Origin: Dudresnaya verticillata
Taxonomy: Eukaryota
Length of the DNA: 64,000 nt
Assembly: GCA_977862235.1 (NCBI GenBank)
Contig: OZ374564.1
Coordinates: 2,480,001 to 2,544,000, forward strand
Direction: 5' to 3'
Under the pieces are notes generated by a model. That model made no database searches. It was not told the DNA's origin and saw only the letters and a program-made list of their open reading frames with translations. Position 1 is the first letter of the stretch. Each line of letters opens with the position of its first letter. Below are positions 62,366 to 64,000 of this stretch, one piece after another. Position numbers and translations under genes: made by a program.

Positions 62366-64000
62366 CTAGTTTTTTGGCTGTGACCCGGGCTTGCTAGCCG
62401 GGGAACTTGGTAAAGGGGGTGGTGGAGGAAAGGCGCGTCCGCCCATGCGAGGTGATCTGGGAGAGTGAGGCCGCGGTCTGTCCATTGGGTGGTTCAATCT
62501 CGCCTTAAAATTCACTTGGCGATTTTGGTGGAAATGATTTCCCAGCCTTTTGGCGTTGGGTGACCCTGTCCAGGTTGGAGAAGGTGACTCCTCGGCGAAA
62601 TTAGGGGGACGGTCTACGACGGGGAGCCAGTCTTTTTGTTGCCGCGACAGCGCATAGAAATTCTGGCGCATCAGCGTGGCAAATTCCAAATCGTCCGTGC
62701 GACCTAAGTGAGGGCAGTTGGGCTTCTTGTGGGCCACGCCAAAGCACTCAAAGCAAATATCGTTCGGGAGATCATCGACTGTTAGCAATCCAGGGCGCTG
62801 TGCCTTGGGCGGTTTTGCCCATGCGGGGAGCCTCGGATTTTGGTTAGACAGAACCGCTTGAACTGCTTCATAGCGGCTTCTGTCCTCACTAGGCGCTCCA
62901 GACCAAGCATCCGTAGGTGACACAGAGGATGAACCCGCGTCGCGCTCGAAGGCAGCAACTGCCTGCCCGTTGGAATTTGATTCACTACTCGAAGCGTCGC
63001 TATCCGAATAGGAGTGGGAAGGTACACAAGCGACCGGCTGCCCTTGTCGAACCAGAAGCGTTCGGCTCGACTTGGCAGCGGCGGCGCGAGTCGTCAGCTT
63101 CTTTCGGGGCAGCAGCCCGGAGGACTTCTCCTTCCTTCGACTGGCTCCGACGAGCGCGCGGTGGGAATCACCTTGGGCGGTGGCTAGCTCCACGTAATCC
63201 GTGAGTCGGGCCGTTGCAGGGTCCAGTGAGGTGGTACTCCGCAATGGCTTGACTGCGGGTAGCAACCCTCGGATGAACCGTGTGATGAGTTCCTGCTCCG
63301 AGTACACTCCGGCAACTCTTCGCGCGTTATTCTGGAGCCTCCTTGAGAATGATACCTCCTCCTCGTCGGGCTCCTGGGACATGCGGTTCATCTCAGCAGC
63401 TATGCGTTCGATGTACACGTCCTTCGTGAAGCTTTGCAGGAGGTAGTTCACTGCCTCCGGCCATTCGGTGAATCCCCCATTATCGTCGCCCGCGACGTCG
63501 AAGTTCGCCTCAAAGAGATCTTTGGCGTCCTTCTCGAGAAACTCCGGTATCACTAGGATCGCGGCTCCCTCGCTTACATGCGCTTGGTCTAATTGACACT
63601 TCAGCGTGGCTAGGAAGCCGATGATTGCTACCGGGTCACTACCATCGAAGAGTCGACTGCGCATCACGGACTTAATCCGCTTAATCTTTGAGGACGTCGA
63701 TTCCGTTACCGCGGGTCCCCGGTACGGGTCAAGGTTTAACAACCGGTATCGTCGATACGAAAGCACGTTAGCGAAAGCTGGGTTCCGTGGTACCAACTCC
63801 TTCAGGCCTGACCGGCGTGGTCCTATCCAAGAAGACCGTGGCTGGCTTCGGGAGTCCGCTCCGTATCCACCCTCCGGCTCGGCGGCACGATGCGAGGACA
63901 GCCGTTGCCGGTTGTCAGCTTGTCGGCCATGCGGCGTTACAGGTCGCGACCGACAATCTCGTGACGGGGAGCCGTCCCGATATCCATCTTGACTTCGTCC
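62366..64000 (-). CDS. gag of B (5' end outside the window)
   Basis: At least 476 open codons; canonical CX2CX4HX4C knuckle CFECFGVAHKKPNC. Confidence 0.88.
   Translation of the reverse strand, partial: GRSQDGYRDGSPSRDCRSRPVTPHGRQADNRQRLSSHRAAEPEGGYGADSRSQPRSSWIGPRRSGLKELVPRNPAFANVLSYRRYRLLNLDPYRGPAVTESTSSKIKRIKSVMRSRLFDGSDPVAIIGFLATLKCQLDQAHVSEGAAILVIPEFLEKDAKDLFEANFDVAGDDNGGFTEWPEAVNYLLQSFTKDVYIERIAAEMNRMSQEPDEEEVSFSRRLQNNARRVAGVYSEQELITRFIRGLLPAVKPLRSTTSLDPATARLTDYVELATAQGDSHRALVGASRRKEKSSGLLPRKKLTTRAAAAKSSRTLLVRQGQPVACVPSHSYSDSDASSSESNSNGQAVAAFERDAGSSSVSPTDAWSGAPSEDRSRYEAVQAVLSNQNPRLPAWAKPPKAQRPGLLTVDDLPNDICFECFGVAHKKPNCPHLGRTDDLEFATLMRQNFYALSRQQKDWLPVVDRPPNFAEESPSPTWTGSPNAKRLGNHFHQNRQVNFKARLNHPMDRPRPHSPRSPRMGGRAFPPPPPLPSSPASKPGSQPKN

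Larger units (their letters stand above)
59828..64000 (-). mobile_element. Gypsy element B (gag, protease, start of RT), interrupted by a Helitron-like insert and by A
   Basis: gag 62366-63796+, protease LDSGAGPNLL, linker QGVVLSNGIAE and RT start. Confidence 0.92.

Overview
Eukaryotic DNA, with spliceosomal GT-AG introns and CTAAC branch points. The element and gene style suggests a red alga, but that is inference only. Both ends of the window (1-17.3 kb and 41.7-64 kb) are stacks of nested, mostly dead Ty3/Gypsy LTR retrotransposons, labelled A-G and X here; A and C retain a C-terminal chromodomain. Positions 1-12829 are repeated almost identically at 47207-60035. Between the stacks lies a ~24 kb gene island with a secreted protein bearing a YfaP/DUF2135-like domain, two secreted cysteine-rich proteins, a 3-exon GT61-like glycosyltransferase and a GPR1/FUN34/YaaH (Ady2/SatP) transporter. 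The island also holds eroded Copia, DIRS-like and RLE-LINE-like remnants. Two signals stand out. First, three divergent Gypsy elements each carry a homologous, unrecognised large ORF antisense to pol next to the 3' LTR. Second, several otherwise dissimilar LTR families share a CTCTACCA box about 80-100 nt from the LTR 3' end that is complementary to the tRNA D-loop. All alignments and counts were done by eye; no database searches were run.
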